Shown here: positions 24,646 through 37,052 of the stretch, piece after piece
Numbering within the stretch: the stretch's first letter is position 1
How the letters are laid out: every line of letters starts with the position of its first letter
Assembly (NCBI GenBank): GCA_964019335.1
Contig: OZ025650.1
Span: 744,001 to 808,000 of the forward strand
DNA from: Diplonema japonicum
Lineage: Eukaryota > Protista > Euglenozoa: Diplonemea
Direction: 5' to 3'
Length of the DNA: 64,000 bases
Translations under genes and position numbers: made by a program
Notes under the pieces: model-generated
Told to the model about the DNA's origin: nothing
The model's input: the letters and a program-made list of their open reading frames with translations, nothing else
The model's database searches: none

Positions 24646-26001
24646 ATGTCCACTGACCACGCTACGTTTGATGAGAAGGTGTGTATGGCGTACGAGGAGC
24701 TTGACATGAGGAAGGCGCGTGCCGTGTCCCCTGACAACTTCATGCAGGTTTTGACCAGACTGCAAATCGGATTTTCTAGTGCCACCATTCAGGATCTCTT
24801 CGTGAAAGGTGACACCAACAAGGACGGTGTTCTCTCGTTCACAGAGTTCCAGAAGTTCTCCGACCACTACCCCACTCTTCTCGACGTGATCTACTACAGG
24901 TCCAAGGACTATTGGGTGGACATCAAGCAGATGGAGGGCATTGAAGGTTCCAAGCAGCAGTTACTGGAACTCCAGTCACGCGAGCAAGCTGCGCAGAGAA
25001 CCGTAGGCGGGGCCAGGCGGGAAACCGAGGCCCAGGAGCATGCTTTGCAGTTGGCCGTGCAGGACATCCAAGATGCAGAGGGTAGGGAAAGGGAGGCACG
25101 TTCTGCACTGGACCGCAGCCATGCTGAAACAGATGCCTGTCGCAACGAGCTGAGGGCCAGGTCGAGCGATTTGTCTGCAGCAAGAGATGAATCCAGGGCG
25201 AAGCAGAACCAGCTAGGCGAGGCTAGGAAAGAGACGGAGCAGCAGCAGCAGCGCATTGAGGCTAGTGACATGGAAGTCACCAGGGCGGAGGAGCGCTTGA
25301 GGGAGATCGAGAGGATGTTCGCAGAGCAGAGGAGGGTGCTCGACGAGTGCATCTCCTCTTCGGCACGTTCGAGGGACGAACTGTCGGCGGCCCAGATCCG
25401 GGAGGACTCAGCAAGGGCTTCGGTTGAGGACGCGACGAGGGAGGTTGAGGCGTGCAGCGAGGCTGTGTCGCAGTCGGAGCGTGGGCTTGTCGAGCAGCAG
25501 GAGAGGGAGGCACAGACAGCGAACCTGCTGAGGGAGGCGTCGGGCGAGACATCCAAAGCGCTGACGAAGAGAGATGTCGAGCAGAGGGAGCTGACCAAGG
25601 TGAGGGATGCTGAAGCAAGAACAATCAAGGATCATGAGCACGCAGTGAAGATGGTGGATTCCCAACAACAGCAGCTGGACGCACAAATGACGGAAAACCA
25701 GGAGCATAACGCTAGGAGGGCTACTGTGATGGAGGAAGAGAGGCCCCTCTTGGAACAGGAGGTCCGCTTGAAAGAACAGAGAGACTGTCTCGAAGCGAAA
25801 GAAGGCGAACTCAGGAGCAGGTTCAACGAGTTTTCCCAGACAAGAGTTTCTGCCCCACGCAACGGCTCCACTTCCCCCCTAAACCGCACTGCTTCACCTA
25901 CCGCCTCTTCCCCTTACCAAGCTCAGAGGTCTTCTCACAGCCCTGCCTACTCCGGTTCCACGGGACGTGCCGCCAGCCCCTCCTACAACCCCCGCTACTG
26001 A
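24646..26001 (+). CDS. EF-hand + long coiled-coil protein
   Basis: DTNKDGVLSFTEF EF-hand; E/Q/R-rich heptads. Confidence 0.85.
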   Translation: MSTDHATFDEKVCMAYEELDMRKARAVSPDNFMQVLTRLQIGFSSATIQDLFVKGDTNKDGVLSFTEFQKFSDHYPTLLDVIYYRSKDYWVDIKQMEGIEGSKQQLLELQSREQAAQRTVGGARRETEAQEHALQLAVQDIQDAEGREREARSALDRSHAETDACRNELRARSSDLSAARDESRAKQNQLGEARKETEQQQQRIEASDMEVTRAEERLREIERMFAEQRRVLDECISSSARSRDELSAAQIREDSARASVEDATREVEACSEAVSQSERGLVEQQEREAQTANLLREASGETSKALTKRDVEQRELTKVRDAEARTIKDHEHAVKMVDSQQQQLDAQMTENQEHNARRATVMEEERPLLEQEVRLKEQRDCLEAKEGELRSRFNEFSQTRVSAPRNGSTSPLNRTASPTASSPYQAQRSSHSPAYSGSTGRAASPSYNPRY

Positions 26002-26349
26002 GATTAAATATAAAATCCTGAGCTCACTTTTGTATCTCCCCTATCCCCATGTTGTAAACCTTTATTTCCCCCTTTCCTACACTTTTATATAAAAGGGTGC
26101 AAACAACGAGGAAATGATTCCTTCGAAAAAAAAAAAAAAAGAAGAACACCCAGCTCGTTTTTTTTTTTTTTTATTCTCTCCCTTTGTATCGTATATTTCC
26201 CCTTTCACACTTCCCACCCCCTTTATCGTGATAGTTGTTGTTACTTTATCTTCCCCTCACAAGATTTCCCCGTTCACCCTTGTCTTCTTCCTTCGTTCAC
26301 TGTTTTTTCGAGCCATCGCTATTTCAGGGGGGAAAGGAGAAAAAGAAAG

Positions 26350-28190
26350 ATGAAGAAAATCGTCGATGTAAGGCGAGCATGGAGAGCAGGACGACGATAT
26401 GCAACAGATTTTCAGAAAGGATTCACGGGGGCAGAAAGGTTTGAAAAGGACATGGGAGATACACAGGAGGCTGCCGTCGACTGGACAAAGCAGTACATTA
26501 AAAATCTTAATTTCGACAAGGAGGAGGTCAAGACAGGACGCAAGGGTATTATTAAGGAGGCCCCGGACCACCTCTTGAGGGTAGGATTGTTCGGTGCCCC
26601 GAATGTGGGGAAAAGCAAGCTTTACAATTTACTCACGGACAACCCGGATCATCAGCTTTCGTTAAAAATCCAGGGAACGACTTCCGACTGCAAAACTGCC
26701 GAGGCACTCCTTGGTAGGATGTACTTCACAGCTATCGACACCCCTGCGATAGAAGAAGTCTTCTTACCTCAAATCCTGCACATGATGACCAGCGTCGATC
26801 TTGCCTTCTTCATCATAAACGTGAAGAAAGGCGTCACTGAGAACGATATGGCCATAGCAGCCAAACTCCATGAGCTCAAAATCCCAACTGTCATACTTGC
26901 CAACAAGGCAGACAATGGGAAAGAAGCTCTATCAGATGAAGACCTTCTTCGCATATCCATCCTCGGGGCACCGCTCTACATATCTGCCTCACGCCGAACC
27001 GGCCTTGGGCAGCTGCAAGATCTGATCGCGCCTCTCCACGCCCTCCGCGAGGCTGAAAGGAAGTACGAAGAATGGGGCTTGGAAGACGCCGTCATCGCAG
27101 GGGACGGTGGTGCGAAGGATGAGCTCGCCGACAGGCGTCGGTTGGACAGACCGCTGCGGATCGCATTGGTAGGACAGACAAACGTCGGGAAATCGACTCT
27201 GATGAATTCTCTATTGGGTTACAGCAGGGTATGGTTCAGCACATAATATGTATAATTTTTTTTTAAAAAAAAACCTAGGCTCACGTAACCCCGATCTCAG
27301 GCACGACCCGTGACAACATCACCGTGTCCGGACGGTATCAAACGCTGTCTGTCACTGTAACGGACACTCCCGGGTTCTCTTTCTCTAAAAAGAATCGGTG
27401 GTTGGCACGCGACCCAGCAAACGACCCGAATGCGGTGATGGACCAAGTTGGGTACTGGATGCATAGGAGTACATTGGATGCCTGTAGGTGGTCTTACGTC
27501 ACTGTATTTGTGATCGATGCAAGGGTGGGTCTCACAAAGCGTATTGTCGAATCGGTAGAGGCAACGATGGACTTGGGGCGGCCTGTTATATTGGTGGCGA
27601 ATAAGTGGGATGAGGTGGAGGACAAGACGGCGACTGTACAGGCGTTTGAGGATGCGATGAAGAACACAGCAGAATGCAAGCATTGCACGCTTGTTTGCGT
27701 GTCTGCAAAAAATGGGACGAACATGGGGTTGCTGATGGATACCATTGTGGACCACTACCGACGGTGGCACACGAAGATCTCATCGGGGAAACTGAACGTC
27801 TTTTGGCACAAGGTCCAGCATGCACTGCACATCCCGAAAACCCGTTCCAAAGCCCGTCACATAGTCCAGCTTGCCTCGAGCCCTCCAACTTTCGTTATTT
27901 TCCTCGATAAAACTACGATTCTTCAAACAAACCTGGCACGCTTCATGATTCGAAAATTCCGAGCCGAGTTCAACTTAAAAGGAATCCCTATCAGGCTGAT
28001 ACAACGTAGAAAGCCTCCTTCCGTGTTCAAGCTGCTCGGGTACACGAACCCATCGAAGGTCTACAAGAACCCACCGACCCAGATGAGCGTACAATGGAAG
28101 AAATGGGAGAAGGGTCCGCTGACCCCTGACCGTGTGAAGCCACAGAGCGACCTCAGGAAGGAAGTGGGAGTACCGAATCACATCAACTAG
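26350..28190 (+). CDS. EngA/Der double GTPase (probably mitochondrial); intron 27229-27278
   Basis: Two GxxNVGKS P-loops, spliced GTTRD, DTPG, NKAD/NKWD, C-terminal PPTFV...GIPIRL KH-like domain. Confidence 0.9.
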
Positions 28191-28315
28191 GATTATTTCT
28201 ACAATCTCTCGTTCTTTCACCTTCACACCCCCCCCCCCCCCCCCCCCCAACATTTCTTTTTTCAATCCATCTTCTAAACCCCAGCGATGTGAAAAAGAAA
28301 GAAGCGGAATCAAAA

Positions 28316-31300
28316 ATGTATAAGACCTCCGCCAATTCTCGCTCCGGCCGGGGGTACGGGATGACTCGCATCACAGATATCGTATCGAAAGTGAAGGCGT
28401 TGCAAAAGAAAGTTATAAGCCACGAGGAAGAGTACGATGACACACAAAGAAGGCAGAGTCAGAGATTGTCAAGGCTGTCGCTGTCCGGCTCAAGCATGCA
28501 GTTAGGTTTACATAGGAGGAATAGTACAGAGGAGGAGGAATTGAATCTCGAAGCATTCGCTGGGAAACCTGTCTCTGAAGTTACGTACAAAAACGCTGTA
28601 GAAGAAGTGCTGAGGCAGCCGAACAGCAGGAAGCAATCCCTGATCCCCTCTCCCATGTGCAATGTTGCAGAGTTGGATGAGTACGAAGACCACTTCGCTG
28701 ATGACATGTCTGCAAAAGAAATTGCACAGACAGTCGAGGCCGTCCTCGACGAGACCGACACCCTTGCCTCCCCGGCCTCTGACCTTGAGACACTCATTCT
28801 TAAAGCTAAGGCTATCGTCGTCAACTTCGGGCTCATCCAAGACGAGGAGCCTCCCAAGAAAAAGGAAGACTGCAACGCGAAGTACCGTGGCTTCTGGAAA
28901 GCTTTCAAAGACGTCTCGGACCACCTTTTAAAAGCCTCTTTCCTCTGCGGCAGAGTCGTCAAAAGCATGGATGTTAAAACAGAAAAACAAGCCCAACTCC
29001 ATACCCGTGCTTCCCTTGCCGAAGACAAAGCCCACATGCTTCAAAAGACAATACAGGACAAAAATGCGGAAATCACAGCACGTGACGAAAAGCTTTTAGA
29101 ACGGGACCGGCAGCTGGCAGAATCGAAGCAGTCCGCACGGCAAAAAGCAGACGAAGAACGGCAATGGTGGCAAGAAAGGCTGGAAGAGGCATCATCCGCG
29201 GCTGGGAAAATGAGGGAAGAAATGGAAATGGAGATGAAATATCTTTTGGAAGAAGCGAGGAAAGAAGCCACCAGTGAACAGGTACAGGGACTAATGTTGA
29301 GAATAGCTGAAGCTGAGACGGAATGCTCTAAAACGCGAGCAGTTAACGCACAGCAAAAGGAGACAATTGAGAGCCAGAAACGGGTTATAACAACGCAAGA
29401 CTCAGATCTAAAAGAGGCGATGGGAGAGCTACGGACCTTGAAAGACTCAATGATGAACAACCATGAGACATGCATCAAGCAACAAGCGGAGATTGCACAC
29501 TACATGACCGTAGTAGACGAACAGTATAGAAAGCTGACAGAGTTGCAAGACGAGCTGGCTTCAGCGCAAGAAGCTTCATATTCAACACAAGAAAGAATCG
29601 AAGCGTTGCTGATGGAAGCTGAGCAGGCACAAGCACAGGCACAGGTTGCCGAAAACAAAATCTATGATCTCACAGAAGAGCTCGCTGAACTGACCGAAGC
29701 GCACAACGCACTGCGGGACGAGCATGCGTCTTTCGAACTCGAAAAGGAACGGATGGAGCAGGAGCGGGCAGAGTTTGCACGACAACTCAGCGAAAAAGAA
29801 GACAACCTCCTACGAATCAGCGACGAATACGAAGAGAAGCTCTTCTCGCAGAAAGAAGAGCTTACGAACGACAAACTGAAAGCTATCGAAGAATTCAGCG
29901 GCAGAGCACGACTGGTGGTGGCCCAAGCGTTGTTATCATTTACAACGACGGGGTCTATGCGGGTTGCATTTGCAGTCCTGTTGAAGAACAGATACCTACG
30001 TCAATTCGAAAAGAAACACCAGAAAGAGCTCGTTGCTTTAGGCCACGCATGGGAGACACAAACAGATGGGCTGAAGGAAAAGATAGCAGAAGACACGGAG
30101 ACAATCACGAAGCTGAAAAAGGCTTGCGAAGATACGAAGAGGGCGGTAAACAGTGCTGATCAGAGAGTGGCATCGTTAGAAGCGACCATTAAGGGGCAGC
30201 GAGAAAGGGTAACAGAATTGATGCAAAATCTCAAACAAGTCAGGGCGCAGCAGAGGTCGCAGCAGCCGTTTGTGAAGGAGGTGTCCAGGGTGTCTAGCAA
30301 ATTGCATGGAAACTTACGCGAGTTCGCAGAGCTTTTTACGTCCAGGTTCCGCATGAAGAAATATAACGCAGTGACCGTAACAGAGGTAGACGAGTCACTC
30401 CCTATGTTGCCTGCAATGCAGATGATGCAGAGTTGCAACACTGTTATTGCGACCTTCACGCAGCTTCTGCAGGTGGAAAGAGATCTACGGCACCTCAAGC
30501 GGGACATCATCTTTTACACAGTGGCGGAGAAAATCAAGCTGCAGAGAATGAAAGAGAAAGCAAAAACCGTCCGGCTGTCCCCGAGCCTCGCACGATTTTT
30601 CGAACGGCAAGAAGAATTTGCGAAGAGAAAGATCGACGGTTCGCAAGCTGTTAGCCGCATGCTCCGAAGGAAAGTGCGGACTGTATTCAGACAGACGTCA
30701 GCGACAGGCGAGCACGAGACTGCAGAAAACACATGTCAAATGGTGCAGGAACGAAGGAAAGAGATACGGAAAGAAGAACATAAACTTAACGTTGAGTTTA
30801 CGAAAACGGTGCTAGAGGAAATCAAAATGGGGACATGGGCGTACCCTGCTGAGGTGACCAATCAAGACGATAAATCTATCAGGCTGAACGTGCAATCCTT
30901 GACCTCAATGACTTCCCCCAGGGAACAGAGAAAGCTCGTTAAGGCAAAGGCAACATTCATTACACTACCAGCAGCACCTGAGGCCTCCCCCGTGAAGAAG
31001 GATCCCTACCCAATCAATGCGAAAAAACTCTTCCAACTTCTCAACAGCATGTCAGGCATGGGCCCCAAGACACCGTCCCCACGGAAAGCGAGCCCCAGAG
31101 AGTCGCCCCGTTTGGTGGAAGACAACCCGATCAATGTTTTAAACAACACTATCAACAAAACAAAAGTACCACCCCTCATCAAGAAGCAGCCCCCCCAGCG
31201 GCCCATAACCTCCCCCTTTGTCTTTCACAGACCGCAGAGTGCAGCAATTGTCTCAGCTGTTGTTCCTCCTTATCGACCGTCCTCCGCAGAGCGGTGCCAA

Positions 31301-31375
31301 GGCAAGCTGACACACAGGATGGAGATTGTGCGGACAAAAGCCCCGAGCTTGGGCATCGGCAATTTGCCTTGGTGA
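28316..31375 (+). CDS. Long coiled-coil protein
   Basis: ~1020-aa ORF with E/K/Q heptads. Confidence 0.75.
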   Translation: MYKTSANSRSGRGYGMTRITDIVSKVKALQKKVISHEEEYDDTQRRQSQRLSRLSLSGSSMQLGLHRRNSTEEEELNLEAFAGKPVSEVTYKNAVEEVLRQPNSRKQSLIPSPMCNVAELDEYEDHFADDMSAKEIAQTVEAVLDETDTLASPASDLETLILKAKAIVVNFGLIQDEEPPKKKEDCNAKYRGFWKAFKDVSDHLLKASFLCGRVVKSMDVKTEKQAQLHTRASLAEDKAHMLQKTIQDKNAEITARDEKLLERDRQLAESKQSARQKADEERQWWQERLEEASSAAGKMREEMEMEMKYLLEEARKEATSEQVQGLMLRIAEAETECSKTRAVNAQQKETIESQKRVITTQDSDLKEAMGELRTLKDSMMNNHETCIKQQAEIAHYMTVVDEQYRKLTELQDELASAQEASYSTQERIEALLMEAEQAQAQAQVAENKIYDLTEELAELTEAHNALRDEHASFELEKERMEQERAEFARQLSEKEDNLLRISDEYEEKLFSQKEELTNDKLKAIEEFSGRARLVVAQALLSFTTTGSMRVAFAVLLKNRYLRQFEKKHQKELVALGHAWETQTDGLKEKIAEDTETITKLKKACEDTKRAVNSADQRVASLEATIKGQRERVTELMQNLKQVRAQQRSQQPFVKEVSRVSSKLHGNLREFAELFTSRFRMKKYNAVTVTEVDESLPMLPAMQMMQSCNTVIATFTQLLQVERDLRHLKRDIIFYTVAEKIKLQRMKEKAKTVRLSPSLARFFERQEEFAKRKIDGSQAVSRMLRRKVRTVFRQTSATGEHETAENTCQMVQERRKEIRKEEHKLNVEFTKTVLEEIKMGTWAYPAEVTNQDDKSIRLNVQSLTSMTSPREQRKLVKAKATFITLPAAPEASPVKKDPYPINAKKLFQLLNSMSGMGPKTPSPRKASPRESPRLVEDNPINVLNNTINKTKVPPLIKKQPPQRPITSPFVFHRPQSAAIVSAVVPPYRPSSAERCQGKLTHRMEIVRTKAPSLGIGNLPW

Positions 31376-31525
31376 TTTGTTTTGGTGGGTCCCATAATCC
31401 ATTTTCAAAGTTTCAACCCCGAGATGCTCCTTATCAGGGGTCGGTCTCGTTTTTAGTTTCTTCTTTTCTTTACTCGTGCGTCTACCTATCGAAGCTTACA
31501 ATTGTATAGGGCATTAGAAATGTAG

Positions 31526-32800
31526 ATGAAGCAAGCCTTTTCGCTGCCAAAAGTGCTGAAGGGCACACGGGACTTTGTGGACTATGTAGAGGTTTTGTCA
31601 CCTAAACACGTGACCCATGTTGCTAACGAGACGCAGAACACATTGTGGAGAATGGCACAAGCTGTGGACACGAGGAGCGAGCCAACGGGGGTTGCGGACT
31701 TCAAACTCTTTGAAGTTGTGAAGGTGGTGGAAGGTTATGCAAGGGCGGCGGTTGCTGCGGAGGGGTTTCTATTTAAAATTATGAAGCAGCAGGAAACAAA
31801 CCTGACGGGGGATGTCCTGAAGAGGCTCTTGAAGGCATGCAGCAAACTACACTCCATCATCCCAACCAAAGTCTTACTGCAAAAAGGTTCTACGGCTTCT
31901 TGCCATCCATACCACATCCTGCAATACTTGCAACATTCCACGACTTTCCCAGAAGGAATCTTGAAAGACAACCTCGGTTCGGTTTCCAGTGACAGAAGAA
32001 TTGTTGGCGTTCATAAATACCACAACCTTGTTGTGGGGTGGGTGAAGTTAAAGGGGAAAGGTTGTCATGTGCCTCAGTTCGAGTTGGTTGCTAACAATCT
32101 TTTAAAGCAGTCTCTTCAGGATCCTGTTATCTGTTCTGAAGGCTGGATTGGTCTGATGTATTGTTGCTCTGAACTGGGCAACAAATGCGACAAAGGGACC
32201 TTCGCGGGCTTGGCCCAGCGGTGTGCGAAAGAGGTTGATGATTACAAAGTTATTGGTTCTGTTCTATCTGCAGCGGGAAATGTGGGTGATATTCAATATG
32301 TGGAAGGCTGTTACAGCGAGATTTTACCAGAGAGTTATATAAGGGAGGAAAAGATCCCCTGCTGGGGTTTGAGTTTGAATCTCCTTATACATAAAGCAAC
32401 TGTTCATCGAGCAAGTTCCCCAATTCGAGACGATCACACATCAGTGAATATTGCATGGGCGCTTGTGATGTTAGGATTTCGAAATTATGCGGTTTGCCGT
32501 CCCTTTTTGGACCGTGTTAATTCCGTGCCCTTAAACTTGATTTATATCCTCCGTCTTACGTGGGTTTACCTTTCTCTCCAGACCACTCCACCATCGGAGT
32601 TGACAAAAACTGTGCAGAGAACGATGGTGAAGCTGAAGCATCGTGGGAAACTTGATGGGAAGAGTGATGCGATGATGAAGGAGTATTTAGAATGGGAGGG
32701 GGCAGACGACGAAACGAAAAAAATGTTGGTGGGAAAAAGAAAGCAGGGACCTCCGAGATGTTGGGTTGACTCCCCGAAGAAATTCAAGTTGGCGTGGTGA
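31526..32800 (+). CDS. Hypothetical helical protein
   Basis: 424-aa ATG ORF, no recognised motif. Confidence 0.65.
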   Translation: MKQAFSLPKVLKGTRDFVDYVEVLSPKHVTHVANETQNTLWRMAQAVDTRSEPTGVADFKLFEVVKVVEGYARAAVAAEGFLFKIMKQQETNLTGDVLKRLLKACSKLHSIIPTKVLLQKGSTASCHPYHILQYLQHSTTFPEGILKDNLGSVSSDRRIVGVHKYHNLVVGWVKLKGKGCHVPQFELVANNLLKQSLQDPVICSEGWIGLMYCCSELGNKCDKGTFAGLAQRCAKEVDDYKVIGSVLSAAGNVGDIQYVEGCYSEILPESYIREEKIPCWGLSLNLLIHKATVHRASSPIRDDHTSVNIAWALVMLGFRNYAVCRPFLDRVNSVPLNLIYILRLTWVYLSLQTTPPSELTKTVQRTMVKLKHRGKLDGKSDAMMKEYLEWEGADDETKKMLVGKRKQGPPRCWVDSPKKFKLAW

Positions 32801-32891
32801 TGTCTTCGATTTTTTTTTTTTCTTTTTTTTTTTGACGAGAATCTTGAGCTTACAATTTGAAAGAAAAAAGGCATTAAAAGAGAAAAAGAAA

Positions 32892-33262
32892 ATGATGCGC
32901 CGTACCGCCATGCGCCTCTGCCAGGAGGCAAAAAAGAGACCCGGTGAGGTTCAGGTGGGCGTGAGTGACTGGGTCCAGACCTTCGTCAACCCCTTCTACC
33001 ACGCCTCCAGGCTCTCGGCAATTGAGGAGGACGTTGACTCCACCAAGGTCCGCAAGTGGATCATCATGTCTCTCATTGTGTATGTAAAAAAAAAAGAAAA
33101 AAGGAAATGAGGATAATAAATAAATAAACAAATAGTCTCTACCCCGTGTGGTTCATGACCTACGGTCTTTGGGACTCCGATCTCATTAGGGGCCCTACCA
33201 TCACCAACGGTGTGCGCCCCCCTGTGCAGTGGAACGACGAGACTGCGGGCAAGAAGGCGTGA
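32892..33262 (+). CDS. Small single-TM protein with mitochondrial-type presequence; intron 33080-33135
   Basis: MMRRTAMRLCQ N-terminus; splicing joins WIIMSLIV to LYPVWFMTYGLW; C-ending codon bias. Confidence 0.7.
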
Positions 33263-33551
33263 AGCATTGTAGCAAGTTAAGGAGAGAGGGGGGAAAAAAA
33301 AAAGAAGATCTCACCTGCTCCCCCAGCATTTCTTTTTTATTTATTTATTTATTTTCTAGTGTTTTTTTTTTCCCCCTTCTTTTTTTTTTCCTCATTTCGG
33401 GCCCCTTTTTTTTTCACTCCCAGGGTTTTTTTTTGTTTTTGTTGTCTTTTTTCCACTCATTTAATCCACTTTATTGTCCCCCCGCTTTCGTGAGGGAGAA
33501 AAAAAAAGAAGAAATCTGTCGCAGCACTGAAAGGGATCGGGTGGGTTCGAC

Positions 33552-34310
33552 ATGGAACCAGTACTGGAAGTACGGATTTCGTTCAATGGCCTCTCCTCGT
33601 CACGAGAAAAAATGAGCGAAGAGGCTGCAGACTTAATGATGAAAGAGCTGACACGAAAAGTGAAGGTAAGAGGAGGGGTAGCTGGATTGATGAAAGAAAT
33701 AGGAGGGAGAGGAGAAGTCGGGATCGTTATGAAGGAACTGACCCGGATCGGGGTCCGAACAAAGATGCAGTTTTTGGCGAGGGGACAGGTTATGGCTGAA
33801 CACATGGTGGGGGGCCTGCGTGATGAGGAAATAATACATTGTGTTGTGACAGTGGACCAAGGCGAAGGTTCTGATAGGGGATCATTTGTGCTCCCGACAC
33901 GGGGGTTTGACAGACTTTTAGAAGCCGGTTTTTCGTCAGAAGATGTTTCCACCATGCGGGATCAATTTCTTTCTTCGCGCTCTTTTCCACAACTTACTGA
34001 CACTCTCTCCTTAGAGGACGCCTGGCTTGACGCTCTCGAGAACCAGCCTCCCGCCCCCGCTCCCCAGTACATTGTCCCTATGGAGGGACATGATGATACT
34101 GAAGTCGAAGTTTTAGTTAACCCACCTGAGAACCAGCCGGTTATCTACCAGGAAGATCTTTTCATAGGTTGGATCGTGGGCTTTTTCTTTGGTGTTACTT
34201 CAGTGCTTCTTTTGCACCCCAAACCAAAAAAACCACTTCAGTTGGGGGTATTCCTAGGTATCCTGGCCAATATCGTGATGGGTGTAGTTGCATACAATAC
34301 AACAAGATGA
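33552..34310 (+). CDS. Dsc3-like (DUF2407) ubiquitin-like membrane protein
   Basis: Ubl-like N-terminus, RGFDRLLEAGFS...MRDQF, two C-terminal TM helices. Confidence 0.75.
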   Translation: MEPVLEVRISFNGLSSSREKMSEEAADLMMKELTRKVKVRGGVAGLMKEIGGRGEVGIVMKELTRIGVRTKMQFLARGQVMAEHMVGGLRDEEIIHCVVTVDQGEGSDRGSFVLPTRGFDRLLEAGFSSEDVSTMRDQFLSSRSFPQLTDTLSLEDAWLDALENQPPAPAPQYIVPMEGHDDTEVEVLVNPPENQPVIYQEDLFIGWIVGFFFGVTSVLLLHPKPKKPLQLGVFLGILANIVMGVVAYNTTR

Positions 34311-34442
34311 GTTTTTTTTCTCCTTTTTTTTTCCCGATGCCCCCTTGCCCCCAATTCTAAAAAAAAAACGAAATATTCTACAGGAGAGAAGAGCCCAAGT
34401 TCTAATTATTTTCTTCAAATTCTTTTTCTTTTGAATGCTTGA

Positions 34443-36563
34443 ATGGGATGTGGTGCTTCGAACGATTCTGATGCGAAGGAAGGCAGCGTTACCTCTTTAG
34501 AGAATGGCAAGGTTTGTAAAAAAGAAAAAAAAAAGATAAAAAATCCTTCCGTTCAAAGGTGTTGGATATTGTGCCGTCGGAACGAAAGGGCCTCCATTCA
34601 CCAAGAGACGCAGTGCCATACAATGAATTCAAAGGTATAAAAAAAAATTTTTTTTTAAATCCTATTCCCTCACTTAGTGAATTCAGACAACGTTACAGTC
34701 GACCCGCAGCAGCAGACCCCCGTTCTCCCGATGAAGCCCTTCGGCCGAGTCACAAAACTGTTCAATACAAATCGAATGACCTGCAATTTCGACGAAGGGG
34801 GAAACCCCGAGAAAGAAGTCATGTGGGAACTAATGAAGGGAGAACGCATACTGAGATGGCACGTCCCTACCCCTGAAACGATGAACAAGAACGATGAAGA
34901 TTGCCCGCCTGCCGTAGTTATAGGGTCTGACCTGGGAAAGTACACAGTGCAGTTGTCAAAAGAAGAAGCTTCGGTGATACCAAGGCAAGCTAAAAACAGT
35001 GTGAACAAAGTGATCGACATTGAAGAGGGACTTGATTTGTCGGCCTTGTCAGCACCAACTCTTCTAAAAAACCGATGGAAGCACACCCGACTCAAAGACT
35101 TCAAGGTACGAATGCTGATAGGTCACGGCAGGGCGATCCGCATCGTTGGCCTTTCGAGTGATAACCGTCTACTCGTCACTGGCGATGGAATCGAGGGACG
35201 ACAGATGCTACTCCGTTGTGCCGATCCGAGTTCTGGCAAGCGGATTGGGTCACTGTCAGGTCGGGGTGGAACTGGTGAGGCTCCTTGTGACCTGTGCTTC
35301 TCGACCAACGGACAACTCTTAGCAACATGCGACCAAAGCGACACAGTTCTAATCTGGGACATGACAACTTTCAGATGCAAAAAGAGCGTACAGTTCGAAG
35401 GTGCCGAGGGTTCTGAGCTTTTTGTTGTCGGCGTGAAACTTTCCCCAGATGGGAAACTCGCCATCGCCGCCGCGGAACAATCCACCGATGAAGGGATGAA
35501 CCGAGGAAGAGTTGTCATATGGGACTTCATTCAAAAGAAACAACGACTCGTCTTCAAGGAGCACACCGCAACCGTTCTCTGCGTGGCACTGACACCGAAC
35601 TCCGAAATGATAATGTCAGGTGGGAGAGACGGTATGCTGCTGGTGTGGAAGGTGTCTGACGGCGAAGTTGTGTATAGATTACAAGGACACCCGAGCGGGA
35701 TAAGAAGCTGCAGCTTCAACCACAACTGCACAATGATGCTTTCTCTTGACGCGAAGGTGTTCGCATTGTGGAGTGTGAATACAGGGAAGTGTTTCTTCTC
35801 CCGGCACATCGATGGATCGGTCATGGAGGGGGAAGTTGTGCCGACTCTCCCTTCCCCACGAGCGGAAAGACCAAGCAAGCTGAGGTTCACTGCTGCCCAG
35901 TTCGCACCCTCTGGGTTAATTCTTTTAGCCTCCAGCGACAGAATCGTGCGGTTGATCGCACCTCACGATCAGAGTGAATCTTTCTCCTTTATGTCACGTG
36001 CGCCAATAAGCTGTGCATCTGCCGGCTCCAAGAATATCGCACTTGGCGACATGTACGGGAATGTGTACATTATTGACATGATCCTCACAGCGTGTGACTC
36101 ACTGCCTCCGTTGCCGCCTGAACCGAAACCCTGGGACGAAGAAGACGAGGAAGAGGACGAAGAAGCAGAAGACCCGCATTCGGATTTTGAACCCCAACCC
36201 TACCCAACCCTCAACACCGATCTTAATGATGAAGAAGAAGAAGAAGAAGAGGAAGAAGAAGCTATATCAGCGACTTCCATCGAGTCACCTGTTGCCGTTG
36301 ACAGTGATCTTCTTACCACTGCTCTTGAACAAGCCTCTTCGCGTGTCAAAACAAGAGAGACTGAGATTTCTCCACCTTCATCTCCATTCAGGCAGGGCAC
36401 AAAGGGCGTTATCCCTAGTCCTTTATCGCGGACTGGGTTGCTTCAGGGCAGGCGGCGTTCTTTGGGTGAACATGAAATGGCGGAGCGAAAAAGCTCACTT
36501 AACAAAAGAATTATACACGCAGATGATGATGACGAGGAAGAAGAAAAGAAAAGCCAGGAATGA
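34443..36563 (+). CDS. WD40-repeat protein with N-terminal acylation motif (short 5' introns)
   Basis: MGCGAS start; GH...WD/WK repeats; acidic C-terminus. Confidence 0.8.
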
Positions 36564-37052
36564 AGACGAAAAAAAAAAGAAGAAAAGCATTTACATGCAT
36601 TTCACAAATGAGAAGAAAAAAAAGCGAAATGCCTACCGCAAGGTAAGGGGGGTGTACAAAAAAAAAGGGGGGGGTAATCCATACTTCCGTTCCTCTTGCC
36701 TCGTGTGATTTAAATCTGGCGCAGTTCTTAAAATTTCCTCTTTTTTGTTATCCTTTGTTATTCATTCACCTTTAATTTTATTCCTCTCTTCCTTTTCCTT
36801 TTTTTTTTTCTATTTCTTTTCCTTTTTATTCCCCTTCTACTTGCACCCTTCTCTGCACTCCCTTTATTCCTGTTTCCAACGCATTACTTTTTTCAAGTAT
36901 TTTTCTTCTCAGTGCAACAAAAGGCTGGCGTTTTGAAAAGTTAGGAACAAAAAAGCTTTCCTTTTGCTCCCTGGTGACTGATTTTGCACTCCTCGACTAT
37001 CGTGTCTTAGAAAAAGAAGGCAAAAAAAAAAAAAAGAAAGAAAAGAAAAAAC

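Noticed and set aside
24909-30732. Long minus-strand ORFs (e.g. 24909-25628, 28459-29037)
   Set aside because: Antisense shadows of + strand coiled-coil genes with no independent motifs
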